A stretch of 64,000 bases of DNA from Gemmatimonadota bacterium (GTDB lineage: Bacteria; Gemmatimonadota; Gemmatimonadetes; Palauibacterales; Palauibacteraceae), in contig DATHRZ010000044.1 in the NCBI GenBank assembly GCA_035464655.1, forward strand, positions 33,015 through 97,014, read 5' to 3'. Of the stretch, positions 46,283 to 55,522 are shown piece by piece (within the stretch, counting starts at the first letter, position 1; each line of letters begins with the position of its first letter). Both the position numbers and the translations under genes were made by a program. Below the pieces are notes generated by a model. That model did no database searches. It was given only the letters and a program-made list of their open reading frames with translations, and was not told the DNA's origin.

Positions 46283-47626
46283 GTGCGGGTGATCCACGTC
46301 GTGACCGCCTTCCCGCGGCACGCGGAGGACCCGATCACGCCCTGGCTTGTCGAGCTGGTACGGCGCCAGCGGGCGGAGGGGCTCGACGCGTCGCTGCTCG
46401 CACCCGCCTATCGCGGGGGCCCGGCATCCGAGGCGACCGGCCTTCCCGTGCGCCGCTTTCGGTATGCCCCCGCTCCGATCGAGATGCTCACCCACGACGA
46501 GACGGTGCCCGATCGGTTGCGCGGGGCGCCCCTCCATGCTCTGCTCCTCCCTCCGTACCTGCTCGGCGGCATGCTGGCGGCGTGGCGGATCGGACGGCGG
46601 AACCCGCCGGACGTCGTCCACGTGCACTGGCCGATGCCACATGCCCTGTTCGGGGCGGCCCTCCGGCGCGCCTCCGGCGGCCGCAGCGCTGTCGTGTGCT
46701 CCTACTACAGCGTAGAGGTCCACTGGGTGCGCTCCCGTCTCCCGTTTCTCCTGCCGTTCCTTCGCTGGACGACCAGGACGGCCGATGAGGTGACGGCGAT
46801 TTCGACCTCGACGGCGGCCGCGGTCCGCTCGTTGGTCGAGCGCCCCGTCGCCGTGATCCCGTACGGCGCCGCCCTGGCGGACGACGGCGACCGCCCCCCG
46901 AGGGAGGCGTTCGCGGGACCGGACGACGAGCCCGTTCGCGTGCTGTTCGTGGGCCGGCTGGTCGAGCGGAAGGGCGTCGAGGTGCTCGTGCGCGCCATCG
47001 CGGAAGGTCGAGAGAAGTTCGCCCGCCCCGTGGAGCTGCGAATCGTCGGGACCGGAGAGTGGGCGCCGAAAATCGAGGCCGCCATCGCGGGGGCCGGGCT
47101 CGATACCACGGCCGTCGAGCGGAGCGCCGGGGGTAGCTCTCGGGGACCCTGTGAAAATGAATTTTCACAGGGTGCCGCCGCCTCGTCGATACAGCCCCGG
47201 AAGCCACGTCGACCGGGCGTGCGCGCCCGGCTTCTCGGCCGCCTGTCCGACGCGGAGCTGCGGCGCGAGTACGTGGCGGCCGACGTCCTCGTGTTGCCGG
47301 CCGTTCGCGACGCCAAGGGCGACACCGAGGGCCTGGGGGTCGTGCTCCTCGAGGCGCTGCGTTTCGAACGGCCGGTGATCGGAAGCGACATCGGGGGAAT
47401 TCCCGACATCATCCGACACGGCGAGACCGGCCTCCTCTGTCCTCCGGGGGACCCCGGGGCCCTGGCCGACGCGCTGGCACGGCTGATCCGGAATCCCGGC
47501 GAAGCGCGTGAGCTCGCGCGCCGCGGTCGCGCCCATGCGGCGGCGACGTTCGGCTGGGACGGGGTCGTCGGCGCGACGTCGGCGGCCTACGAGCGGGCCA
47601 TAGAGGTACGCGGAACGAGCGCATGA
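46283..47626 (+). CDS. GT4-family (GT-B) glycosyltransferase carrying a roughly 38-aa insertion
   Basis: C-terminal EX7E-type motif in EGLGVVLLEALRFERPVIGSDIGGIPDII. The insertion (TTAVERSAGGSSRGPCENEFSQGAAASSIQPRKPRRPGV) lies between the conserved GTGE ... and RLLGRLSD segments. Confidence 0.8.
   Translation: MRVIHVVTAFPRHAEDPITPWLVELVRRQRAEGLDASLLAPAYRGGPASEATGLPVRRFRYAPAPIEMLTHDETVPDRLRGAPLHALLLPPYLLGGMLAAWRIGRRNPPDVVHVHWPMPHALFGAALRRASGGRSAVVCSYYSVEVHWVRSRLPFLLPFLRWTTRTADEVTAISTSTAAAVRSLVERPVAVIPYGAALADDGDRPPREAFAGPDDEPVRVLFVGRLVERKGVEVLVRAIAEGREKFARPVELRIVGTGEWAPKIEAAIAGAGLDTTAVERSAGGSSRGPCENEFSQGAAASSIQPRKPRRPGVRARLLGRLSDAELRREYVAADVLVLPAVRDAKGDTEGLGVVLLEALRFERPVIGSDIGGIPDIIRHGETGLLCPPGDPGALADALARLIRNPGEARELARRGRAHAAATFGWDGVVGATSAAYERAIEVRGTSA
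47147..47172. repeat. Perfect 12-2-12 AT-rich inverted repeat CCCTGTGAAAAT-GA-ATTTTCACAGGG inside the GT4 coding sequence, in frame
   Basis: Read directly. Encodes PCENEFSQG inside the GT4 insertion. The local AT content contrasts sharply with the flanks. Confidence 0.9.
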
Positions 47627-47711
47627 AGCTTCCCGCTCCGCCGCCGGTTGGCTACCTTCGGGGCCGATCGGACGAAGTGCCGCATTCCCGCCGTATCGGA
47701 GCAGACCCCGC

Positions 47712-50048
47712 ATGACCAGGAAGCTTCCCACATCGCCGCTCGCGTGGTTCGCGCTCGCGAGCGCGCTGGTGACCGCCTGGCTGTACCGCGCGTTCATTTT
47801 CGATCCCGACGTGATGCTGTTCGGCCAGGAGATGATCGACCAGTCGTGGCAGCTCCGCGAGTTCGCCGTCGAGGAAGTGAAAGCGGGACGCGGCGTGCCG
47901 CTGTGGAATCCCTACCTGTTCGGCGGACTGCCGTACGTGGCAATCCTGCCGGGCCCCGTGTTCTATCCGACCACGGCCCTCTACTTCGTCATGCCCCTGT
48001 TTCGAGCGATCGGCTGGACCTTCGTCCTCCATACCTGGCTGGCCGGCCTGTTCGCGTATTTCGCGGCCCGCTCGCTGAAGCTGAGCCGGTCGGCCGCCGT
48101 CGTGACCGGCTTCGCGTTCATGCTCTCCGGTTTCGTCGTTTCGATGAACGAGGCCGGGCACGACGGCCGCATGTTCGCCATGGTGCTGATTCCCCTGGCG
48201 TTCGGCCTGCTGGAGCGGGGCCTTCAGGCGCGCAGGCTTCACTGGTTTCTCGGCATGGGCCTCGTCGTGGCTTGCCAGATCTTCACACCGCACCTCCAGA
48301 GCATGTACTTCTCGTCGCTCGCTCTGTCGCTCTATGCCCTGGTACGGGTGATCTGGATCGCACGGGACGAGGGCGACTGGCGGCCCGCGAGCCGGACCTT
48401 CGGCTATTTCGCGCTCGGGTTCGCGGCGGCGGCGGCGATCGGGATGGGGCAACTCCTGCCCAATCTGGAACTGAGACCGATCGCCGTACGGGGCGGCGGA
48501 GAGACCGGGTACGCCTTCGCCTCGTCCTGGGCGATGCCCCCGCAGGAGCTAGCGGGCTTCGTCCTCCCCGACCTGATCGGGTCGCTCGGCACTTACTGGG
48601 GGAGTAACCCGTTCAAGCAGCACACCGAGTACCTCGGGATCGTTCCGGCCGCGCTCGCGGTCATCGGGCTCACCGGCTTTCGAAGGGACCGGCGCGTGGG
48701 GCTGATCGGCGGGATCGCCCTCCTGTGCATCCTTTACGCGCTCGGCGCCGCGACCCCCGTTCACCGGATCGCCTATGCCGTCGTGCCGGTGATCCGGGAG
48801 CTCCGGGCTGCGTCGCTGATGCTCGGGCCCGCCTGCTTTTTCGCCGCGCTTCTCGCGGGCTTCGGCTGGCAGCGCGTGCTGGACGCGCGGGCGGGAACGG
48901 AGAGTACGTCCGGCGGCGCGATCGGCTGGGGATGGGTCGTGGGGCTGTCGGCCCCCGTTCTGCTTCTCGGGCTCGGGGCGGCCCTGGCCCCGGAGGGGCT
49001 CGTGCGATGGGTCCACACGAGCTGGTTCCCGGCGGGCTGGCCGCAGTATCCCGACGCCGGGGCTATCGGGATCCTGAGGGCGAGCGGCTGGCTGCTGCTC
49101 GGTGTCTGGAGTTCGGTGCTCGTGCTGGCATATGGCGTGGCCGAGCGGCGCCTGCCGAAGCAGGTCGTCGTGGCCGTCCTTCTCCTGCTCGTCCTCGACC
49201 TCGCCCGGGTTGACGATCGCTACATCCGCACGATACCGCCGGCCGCCGCGTTCGCCCCCGACGAGCTTCAGCAGGAGCTCGGCGACGCGCTCGACCCCGT
49301 CGCCCGGGTGTTTCCGCTGCGCGAGCAGGGGGGCTACGCGCCGAACGACATGATGCTGCACGACATCCGTTCGGTGACCGGGATGCAGAACTTCCGGCTC
49401 GAGTGGACGGACCGGCTGATCGGAGGGCCGGGCTACGAGAACCTGATGGCGGCGCCCGCGCTGTGGCCCGTGCTTGACGTCGACTACGTGATCACCCGAC
49501 AGCAGGTGGAGACGCCGCTGCTCGAGGCCGGGCCCTCGGGGCCGCGGGGCACGGCATGGCGCGTGCTGGCCGACGGTCCGCACGCCTGGTTTCCGGCCCG
49601 TGTGGAAGCTGAAACCGATCCCACGGCCGCCTTGCAGCGCCTGGCGGCACGGCCCGATCCCGCCACCTTCGCCCTCGTCGCGGGCACGGTCGACGGTGTC
49701 GATGACGGTGGCTCGCTGCCGGCGGCGGGGCAGGGGAGAGCGCGCGTGACGTCATTCACGCCCAACGAAGTCGTGCTCGACGTCGAGGCAGAGCAGGGCG
49801 GGCTGCTCGTGGTCAGCGAGATCTACCATCCGAACTGGCGGGCGAGCGTGGACGACGCCGAGGTCCCGGTTCATCGGGTCGATATCGCCCTGCGCGGCGT
49901 CGAGGTCCCGGCAGGCAGCCACCAGCTTCGGTTCACGTACACGGCCGGGGCGGTCCGCTGGGGTCTGCTCGTGGGCCTGCTCGCCCTGTTGGCCTGCCTG
50001 GTCGTGATCGGCACCTCCGTGCGGCGGCATGGCGCCGTGCCTCGATGA
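47712..50048 (+). CDS. YfhO-family (GT-C fold) integral membrane glycosyltransferase
   Basis: 778 aa and polytopic. The N-terminal region is YfhO-like (LYRAFIFDPDVMLFGQEMIDQSWQLREFAVEEVKAGRGVPLWNPYLFGGLPY), with a large C-terminal extracytoplasmic domain. Confidence 0.7.
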   Translation: MTRKLPTSPLAWFALASALVTAWLYRAFIFDPDVMLFGQEMIDQSWQLREFAVEEVKAGRGVPLWNPYLFGGLPYVAILPGPVFYPTTALYFVMPLFRAIGWTFVLHTWLAGLFAYFAARSLKLSRSAAVVTGFAFMLSGFVVSMNEAGHDGRMFAMVLIPLAFGLLERGLQARRLHWFLGMGLVVACQIFTPHLQSMYFSSLALSLYALVRVIWIARDEGDWRPASRTFGYFALGFAAAAAIGMGQLLPNLELRPIAVRGGGETGYAFASSWAMPPQELAGFVLPDLIGSLGTYWGSNPFKQHTEYLGIVPAALAVIGLTGFRRDRRVGLIGGIALLCILYALGAATPVHRIAYAVVPVIRELRAASLMLGPACFFAALLAGFGWQRVLDARAGTESTSGGAIGWGWVVGLSAPVLLLGLGAALAPEGLVRWVHTSWFPAGWPQYPDAGAIGILRASGWLLLGVWSSVLVLAYGVAERRLPKQVVVAVLLLLVLDLARVDDRYIRTIPPAAAFAPDELQQELGDALDPVARVFPLREQGGYAPNDMMLHDIRSVTGMQNFRLEWTDRLIGGPGYENLMAAPALWPVLDVDYVITRQQVETPLLEAGPSGPRGTAWRVLADGPHAWFPARVEAETDPTAALQRLAARPDPATFALVAGTVDGVDDGGSLPAAGQGRARVTSFTPNEVVLDVEAEQGGLLVVSEIYHPNWRASVDDAEVPVHRVDIALRGVEVPAGSHQLRFTYTAGAVRWGLLVGLLALLACLVVIGTSVRRHGAVPR

Positions 50049-51064
50049 TGCCTGGTTCATCGCACCGCTCGTCTGTCTCCGTGGCCATGAAGGTCGCGGG
50101 CCTCGTCTTCACGGTAGCCGCCCTCGCGTTCGCCGCCGTCCTCGTGGTCCGCCACGGCGGCGACCTCGCCGGTCAGTGGGCGGATCTTCGGGCCGCGGGC
50201 TGGCGGCCACGACCGGGCTGGCTGGTCGCGGCGCTCGTGGTGGCGACCGCGAACCTGTTTCTCCTCGGCGGCGCATGGATTCGGCTGCTCAGAGAGTTCG
50301 GCGGGACGATCGGCTACACCGAGGGAATGCGGGTCTGGACCTGGACGAATCTCGGCCGCTATCTACCGGGGAGGATATGGCAGCTCTCGGCGCTGACCTT
50401 TTACCTGCGGGAGAAGCGGCAGATCGGCGGCATCGGCCTCGGATCCAACCTCACCCTGCAGGTCCTGCTGCTCGCGATCGGGGCGGCCGTCGCGTTCGCG
50501 GTGCTCGGCCTCCGGCTGGCGGAGGGGAGGGTGGCCCTGGCGGGCGCGGCGCTCGTCGTCACGGGCCTCGCGCTCGTCGTGGCGCTCCGCCCTTCGATGG
50601 TGGCGCGGCTGTCCGCCTGGATGGGGGGACTGATGGGCGAACCCGACCTGACGGTGCATCCGCGCCGTGCCGCCCTGTGGGAAGCTGCCGGTATCGTCCT
50701 GCTTTCGTGGTTCGTGAACGGCCTGGGCCTGTGGCTGCTGTGGCGGGGCGTCGGCGCATCGGCCGGCCCCGATCCATGGTTCTGGACCGGAGCGTTCGCG
50801 GCGGCGTATCTGACGGGATACGTGGCCCTGTTCGCGCCCGCCGGGCTCGTCGTGCGGGAGGCGTCGCTCGCGCTGGTGCTCGTCAGCTTCGGGGGCATCG
50901 GGGCCGCCGGCGCCGCCGGCATCTCGATCGTGGCGCGTTTGCTGGCCATCGGCTCCGAACTTGCGGCTGCCGGCCTGGCTCAGCTGCTGCCCGTCGGGCC
51001 GACAGGGGACGTGGTGCCGGTGACGCACGACACGGGAACGGAAGGGGAGAGATCATCGCAGTGA
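50045..51064 (+). CDS. Flippase-like membrane protein (lysyl-PG synthase/MprF TM-domain family, UPF0104-like)
   Basis: About eight predicted TM helices, with the characteristic WTNLGRYLPGRIWQLS segment. Overlaps the yfhO stop and the downstream GT2 start. Confidence 0.6.
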   Translation: MMPGSSHRSSVSVAMKVAGLVFTVAALAFAAVLVVRHGGDLAGQWADLRAAGWRPRPGWLVAALVVATANLFLLGGAWIRLLREFGGTIGYTEGMRVWTWTNLGRYLPGRIWQLSALTFYLREKRQIGGIGLGSNLTLQVLLLAIGAAVAFAVLGLRLAEGRVALAGAALVVTGLALVVALRPSMVARLSAWMGGLMGEPDLTVHPRRAALWEAAGIVLLSWFVNGLGLWLLWRGVGASAGPDPWFWTGAFAAAYLTGYVALFAPAGLVVREASLALVLVSFGGIGAAGAAGISIVARLLAIGSELAAAGLAQLLPVGPTGDVVPVTHDTGTEGERSSQ

Positions 51065-51801
51065 CCGAGAGCCGAACCACCGCGAGACGGGCGCTGGTCG
51101 TCATGCCCACCTACAACGAGGCCGAGTCGCTGGGCGAACTCGTGCCACGGGTCCTCGTCCAGGATCCGCGCATCGACGTCCTCGTCATCGACGACGCCTC
51201 GCCCGACGGGACCGGCGCCATCGCCGATGACCTGGCAGCCCACGACGAGCGCGTGCAGGTCGTCCACCGCGAGGGAAAGCTGGGACTCGGCACCGCCTAC
51301 CTGCGGGGGTTCCGCTACGGGCTCGAGCGAGGGTACGACTATCTGCTCGAGATGGACTCCGACCTGTCGCACGACCCGAAGTACCTGCCCGACCTGCTCG
51401 CCGCCGTCGACGACGGGGCAGACCTGGCGATCGGTTCGCGCTACGTGCGCGGCGTGAACGTGATCAACTGGCCGATGTCGCGTCTGCTGCTGTCGTACTA
51501 TGCGAACAAGTACGCGCGCTGGGTAACGGGTCTTCCGCTCACCGACGCCACGAGCGGCTTCAAATGCTTCCGGCGCCGCGCGCTCGAGGCGATCGACTTC
51601 GAACGCGTGGGGTCGACGGGGTACGCGTTTCAGATCGAGATGGACTTCCGGGCCTGGAAGGCCGGCATGAAGCTGGTCGAGGTGCCGATCGTGTTCACCG
51701 ACCGCGACCGGGGCGAGAGCAAGATGTCGGGGGCGATCGTTCGCGAAGCGATCTGGCGCGTGTGGGCGCTCAGGTTGAAGTCGCTGTTCCGCCGTCTGTA
51801 A
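51061..51801 (+). CDS. GT2-family polyprenol-phosphate mannose (or hexose) synthase, soluble Ppm1/DPM1-like
   Basis: VVMPTYNEAESL ... VLVIDDASPDGT ... EMDSDLSHDP ... SGFKCFRR. GTG 51061 overlaps the previous stop. ATG 51103 is an alternative start. Confidence 0.8.
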   Translation: MTESRTTARRALVVMPTYNEAESLGELVPRVLVQDPRIDVLVIDDASPDGTGAIADDLAAHDERVQVVHREGKLGLGTAYLRGFRYGLERGYDYLLEMDSDLSHDPKYLPDLLAAVDDGADLAIGSRYVRGVNVINWPMSRLLLSYYANKYARWVTGLPLTDATSGFKCFRRRALEAIDFERVGSTGYAFQIEMDFRAWKAGMKLVEVPIVFTDRDRGESKMSGAIVREAIWRVWALRLKSLFRRL

Positions 51802-51842
51802 GCCACCCGCCATCTGCCGTTGCCGCCGGCACCCGGCGTCCG

Positions 51843-53084
51843 TCACACCCAGCCATACAACAGCCAGCCGAGCACGGCGCCGCCGGCCACCAGCCAGGCG
51901 GCGTTCACCCGGTAGACGAGCGCGAGCACGGTGGCCAGGGCGGCGATGACCCAGGCCGGCCATGCGACGAGCGTTCCGACACCGAGCTCGATCGTCACGG
52001 CCACCATCAGCGCGACGGCCGCGACGTTCACGGCATCGAGGAAGGCCGACAACCACACCGATTCCCGCAGCCTGGGAATCAGTGGATTGAGGATCAACAC
52101 GAAGAAGAACGAGGGCAGGAAGATCCCCAGCGTCGCGACGGCTGCGCCCGGGACGCCCTCGACCACGTACCCGATGAACGTCGCGGTCGAAAGCACGGGG
52201 CCGGGGGTTAACTGTCCGATCGCGATCGCGTCGAGCAGTTGTGGCTGCGTGAGCCAGCCGTAGTCCTGTACGAGGCCTCCCTCGAGGAAGGCGACGAGCA
52301 CGTAGCCCGATCCATACAGGATCGCGCCGATCTTGAGGAAAAAGAAAAACAGTTTCCACAGCGAGACCGCCGTGACCGCGCCGGCGCCCCCCACGACCAC
52401 GCCAGCAACGCCCGTGGCACGGGTCGCGCCCGCCCCGATGCCCGCCGACGGCCGCAGGAACAGGATGGGCACGAGGGCGCCCGCGGTGCGCGAGCTGTCG
52501 TAGCCGCCGGCGCGCAACCACAGCGTGCCGAGCAGCCCACCCGCCAGCAGGGCCCACACCTCGTCGAGTCCGCCCAGGACGGCAGCCGCGACGCCGAGGC
52601 CGAGGACGCCGAAGCGCCAGCCCTTTACGGCGGTCCGGCCGAGTTTCCACACGGCGCCGAGAATCACGGCGATGACGGCCGGCTTGATACCGTAGAGGAA
52701 GGGTTCGACTTCGGGCAGACTGCCATAGCCGACGTACAGCCAGGCGAAACCTCCGGTGACGAGAACTGCCGGCAGGATGAAGCAGGCGCCTGCCGTGAAC
52801 AGGCCCTTCCACCCGGCGCGCTCGAAGCCGATGTGCATCGTCATCTCGGTCGAGTTCGGGCCCGGGATGAGGTTCGTCGCGCCCACGAGGTCGAGAAAGT
52901 GCTGGCGCGACAGCCAGCCGCGCCGCGTCACGACCTCGTCTTCGAGCATCGCGATGTGTGCCGCCGGTCCACCGAAGGCGATGATGCCGAGCTTCAGGAA
53001 GAGACGGGCGAGCTCACCGAGGGGCCCGCGAGGCGTGCCGGGTGCGGGATCGGCGCTGTCGGGATTCTTCGCGTCGTCGCTCAC
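51843..53084 (-). CDS. chrA: Chromate transporter ChrA (two fused CHR domains)
   Basis: FLKLGIIAFGGPAAHIAMLEDEVV in the N-terminal half, and a second copy (FLKIGAILYGSGYVLVAFLEGGLV) in the C-terminal half. Confidence 0.85.
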   Translation of the reverse strand: MSDDAKNPDSADPAPGTPRGPLGELARLFLKLGIIAFGGPAAHIAMLEDEVVTRRGWLSRQHFLDLVGATNLIPGPNSTEMTMHIGFERAGWKGLFTAGACFILPAVLVTGGFAWLYVGYGSLPEVEPFLYGIKPAVIAVILGAVWKLGRTAVKGWRFGVLGLGVAAAVLGGLDEVWALLAGGLLGTLWLRAGGYDSSRTAGALVPILFLRPSAGIGAGATRATGVAGVVVGGAGAVTAVSLWKLFFFFLKIGAILYGSGYVLVAFLEGGLVQDYGWLTQPQLLDAIAIGQLTPGPVLSTATFIGYVVEGVPGAAVATLGIFLPSFFFVLILNPLIPRLRESVWLSAFLDAVNVAAVALMVAVTIELGVGTLVAWPAWVIAALATVLALVYRVNAAWLVAGGAVLGWLLYGWV

Positions 53085-53248
53085 GCGGGGGAGTGCCGGG
53101 GACCGGGAGGAGAATGGGAGGATTTCGCGCTAGTTAACATAAGATATATTATGCGCCATACTGCGCCCAACGCCCACAAAAGCTCCAGAACCCGGCGTCC
53201 CGCCAAGCCCCCGGGACGCTCGGCCCCCGGCGCCCCCCGGGTCCGGCG

Positions 53249-54037
53249 TCACTCCGCCGGCGGCGTCGACTCCTCGGGTGCCTGTTCGCCGACCGCCGGT
53301 TCGGCCGAAGGCTCCGTGCTTGTCCCGGTGGCGGCCGGCAACGACGGCGGCGGCAACTCGGCCGCCGCGCGCGCCCGAACTTCGCCGAGCTTCACGCCGT
53401 AGAGCTCTGCCTGTTCACCCGCCCCGGCGTCCTCGGCCGCGGCCAGCGCCGCGTAGATCGCTTCGGCCTCCTCGTACTCGCCGGCGTACGTGTGAATCCG
53501 GGCACGAGCCGCCCGGGCCCGGCGACGCTGAAACTCGTGCGGCGCGGCCGCGGCCAGGCGCTCGTACCAGCGGGCGGCCGCCGCGAGGTCGCCGCGCTGC
53601 TCTTCGGCGACGGCAACCATCCAGGCCGCGTTGTAGCCGAGCGGATGATCGTCGGGATCGACGACGGGTTCGGCCACCCGGATCGCTGCGTCGGCGTCGC
53701 CCCTCTGCAATTCCATCTCCGCCAGCAGGAGCCGGGCCTCGTCGCCCTGCGGCGTGGAGCCGAACTGCTCGATGTAGGCCGAGAGCTCCGAACGAAGTTC
53801 GTCGGGTGCCGCCCTCTGGCTCACGATGCGGATTTCGTCGAGGCGAACGGCCGCCCGTTCCGCGAGATCGGCCCGATAGTTCAGGTAGATGACCGCGCCC
53901 GCCCCGATCGCGAAAATCGCCAGGCCGGCCAGGATCGCGAGCTGACGGTTCTTCTCCGCCCACGCCGTCACCGCCGCGATCCGCCCCATGATGCGGTCTT
54001 CGGTATCTACCTGACTTCTGTCTCCGCCCTTTGCCAT
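53249..54037 (-). CDS. Membrane-anchored TPR-like repeat protein (YfgM-like topology)
   Basis: Single N-terminal TM helix (LAILAGLAIFAIGAGAVIYL) followed by Ala/Glu-rich helical repeats and a Pro/Glu-rich tail. Confidence 0.55.
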   Translation of the reverse strand: MAKGGDRSQVDTEDRIMGRIAAVTAWAEKNRQLAILAGLAIFAIGAGAVIYLNYRADLAERAAVRLDEIRIVSQRAAPDELRSELSAYIEQFGSTPQGDEARLLLAEMELQRGDADAAIRVAEPVVDPDDHPLGYNAAWMVAVAEEQRGDLAAAARWYERLAAAAPHEFQRRRARAARARIHTYAGEYEEAEAIYAALAAAEDAGAGEQAELYGVKLGEVRARAAAELPPPSLPAATGTSTEPSAEPAVGEQAPEESTPPAE

Positions 54038-54075
54038 AATATACCAGTTTAAATAAGTGTCTATAAATGATTACG

Positions 54076-54101
54076 GTGCATGTAGTTAGCACGACATGCA
54101 C
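54076..54101 (-). terminator. Inverted repeat GTGCATGT-N10-ACATGCAC in the AT-rich DedA-TPR spacer; candidate terminator or operator
   Basis: Perfect 8-bp arms read directly. On the minus strand it is followed by a T-containing tract. Confidence 0.3.
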
Positions 54102-54207
54102 CGAATGCGAGCCGGGCTCGCGTGGCGTCCTGCCTCTCCGCGAGGCGCCCGCCGACCCGCAAACTGCCCGGGTGCCCCCCGTTCGTCAACGAAACGAGCG
54201 TCGGGGT

Positions 54208-54873
54208 TCAGTGGCCCGGCATGAAGAAGCCGACGACCACGAAGCCGCCGATCAACAGAATGACGAACAGGATCGACAGCAGGTTGAAGTACTTTTCGAC
54301 GAACTCCCGAATTCGCTCGCCGAATACGGTGAGCAGGCCGGCCACGATGAAGAATCGGGCCCCCCGGCTGACGGTCGAAACGACCACGAACGGGAGGAAC
54401 GCTACCGCGAAGGCCCCCGCCGCGATCGTGAACACCTTGAACGGGATCGGCGTGAACCCGGCGGTACCGAGCGTGAGCCACAGATTCTCGTTGAACATCT
54501 GCCCGAGCGACACGTAGTGACCGGTCGCTCCATAGAATTCGAGAATCGCCTGGCCGATCGAGGCGAACAGAAAGCTGCCGATCATGTAGCCCGCGACCGC
54601 CCCGAGCACCGAACCCGCCGTGCAGACCGTCGCGAACCACAGTCCTCGCGTCGGACGCCCGATGACGAGAGGTATCAGGAGGGCGTCCGGCGGAATCGGA
54701 AAGAACGACGACTCGGCGAAGGCGATGCCGAACAGGGCCCATGCTCCGCCGGGCCGATCCGCCCAGCCGAGCACCCAGTCGTACATACGCCGCAGCAAGC
54801 CGCGGCGCTCTGGTGGAGGCAGAGGACCGTCGTGCATCGATCCGCTCTCGGCGGTCCGCGCGTCGCTCACCAT
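54208..54873 (-). CDS. DedA/YqaA-family membrane protein (second copy in this window)
   Basis: FAESSFFPIPPDALLIPL ... FKVFTIAAGAF, a typical DedA core. Confidence 0.75.
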   Translation of the reverse strand: MVSDARTAESGSMHDGPLPPPERRGLLRRMYDWVLGWADRPGGAWALFGIAFAESSFFPIPPDALLIPLVIGRPTRGLWFATVCTAGSVLGAVAGYMIGSFLFASIGQAILEFYGATGHYVSLGQMFNENLWLTLGTAGFTPIPFKVFTIAAGAFAVAFLPFVVVSTVSRGARFFIVAGLLTVFGERIREFVEKYFNLLSILFVILLIGGFVVVGFFMPGH

Positions 54874-55478
54874 CCTTCCTCACCGACCAGCGGTACGAAC
54901 CGGGCCTCGTCAATCGCCGTCATCTCGATTCCCTTCTCTTCGGACTCGGGGGTCGGCTTGGTGATCAGTGTGAGTTTCTGCGTGCTTCCGTCACCGACCG
55001 GAACGAGCAGCCGTCCTCCGGGGGCGAGTTGCTCGATCAGACTTTCGGGCGGCTGCGGCGCGGCGGCGCCGACGAGGATCCGGTCGAACGGGGCGTGCTC
55101 GCTCCAGCCTTTGCTGCCGTCTCCGACGCGAAGCGTGACGTTCTCAGTCCCGAATTCTTCGAGCGCGGCACGGCCAAGCGCCGCGATCTCGGGAACGACC
55201 TCGATCGTGTATACGTGCTCGACGAGGTGGGCGAGCAGAGCCGTCTGGAACCCCGAGCCCGTACCGATCTCGAGCACCCGCTCGGTGCCTTCGATCTCCA
55301 TCAGCTGCAAGTGGAGCGCATGGACGCCGGGCCGTGAGATCGTCTGCCGGTGCCCCAGGGGGAGCGCGACGTTTTCGTAAGCCCGATGGCGCACGGCTTC
55401 GGGAACGAACAGGTGCCGCGGCACCTCGTCGAACGCGTACAGCACGGCGAGATCGGTGATGCCGCCGCCTCGCAGCAT
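54867..55478 (-). CDS. pcm: Protein-L-isoaspartate O-methyltransferase
   Basis: VPRHLFVPE, the SAM-binding motif VLEIGTGSGFQTA, and post motifs (RILVGAA ... GGRLLVPVG). Start is uncertain. The ATG at 55478 gives a 203-aa protein. The only other in-frame ATG (55670) would overlap surE by about 150 nt. Confidence 0.75.
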   Translation of the reverse strand: MLRGGGITDLAVLYAFDEVPRHLFVPEAVRHRAYENVALPLGHRQTISRPGVHALHLQLMEIEGTERVLEIGTGSGFQTALLAHLVEHVYTIEVVPEIAALGRAALEEFGTENVTLRVGDGSKGWSEHAPFDRILVGAAAPQPPESLIEQLAPGGRLLVPVGDGSTQKLTLITKPTPESEEKGIEMTAIDEARFVPLVGEEGW

Positions 55479-55522
55479 CTCGATCAGCCGGCGGCGCGAT
55501 CGGCGGTAGGCGCCCTCGTGGG

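Noticed and set aside
51802-51842. Strong rho-independent terminator at the convergence of the plus- and minus-strand blocks
   Set aside because: Only a weak GCCGGC/CCGGC element is present, with no T-tract on either strand, so a classical intrinsic terminator cannot be called.
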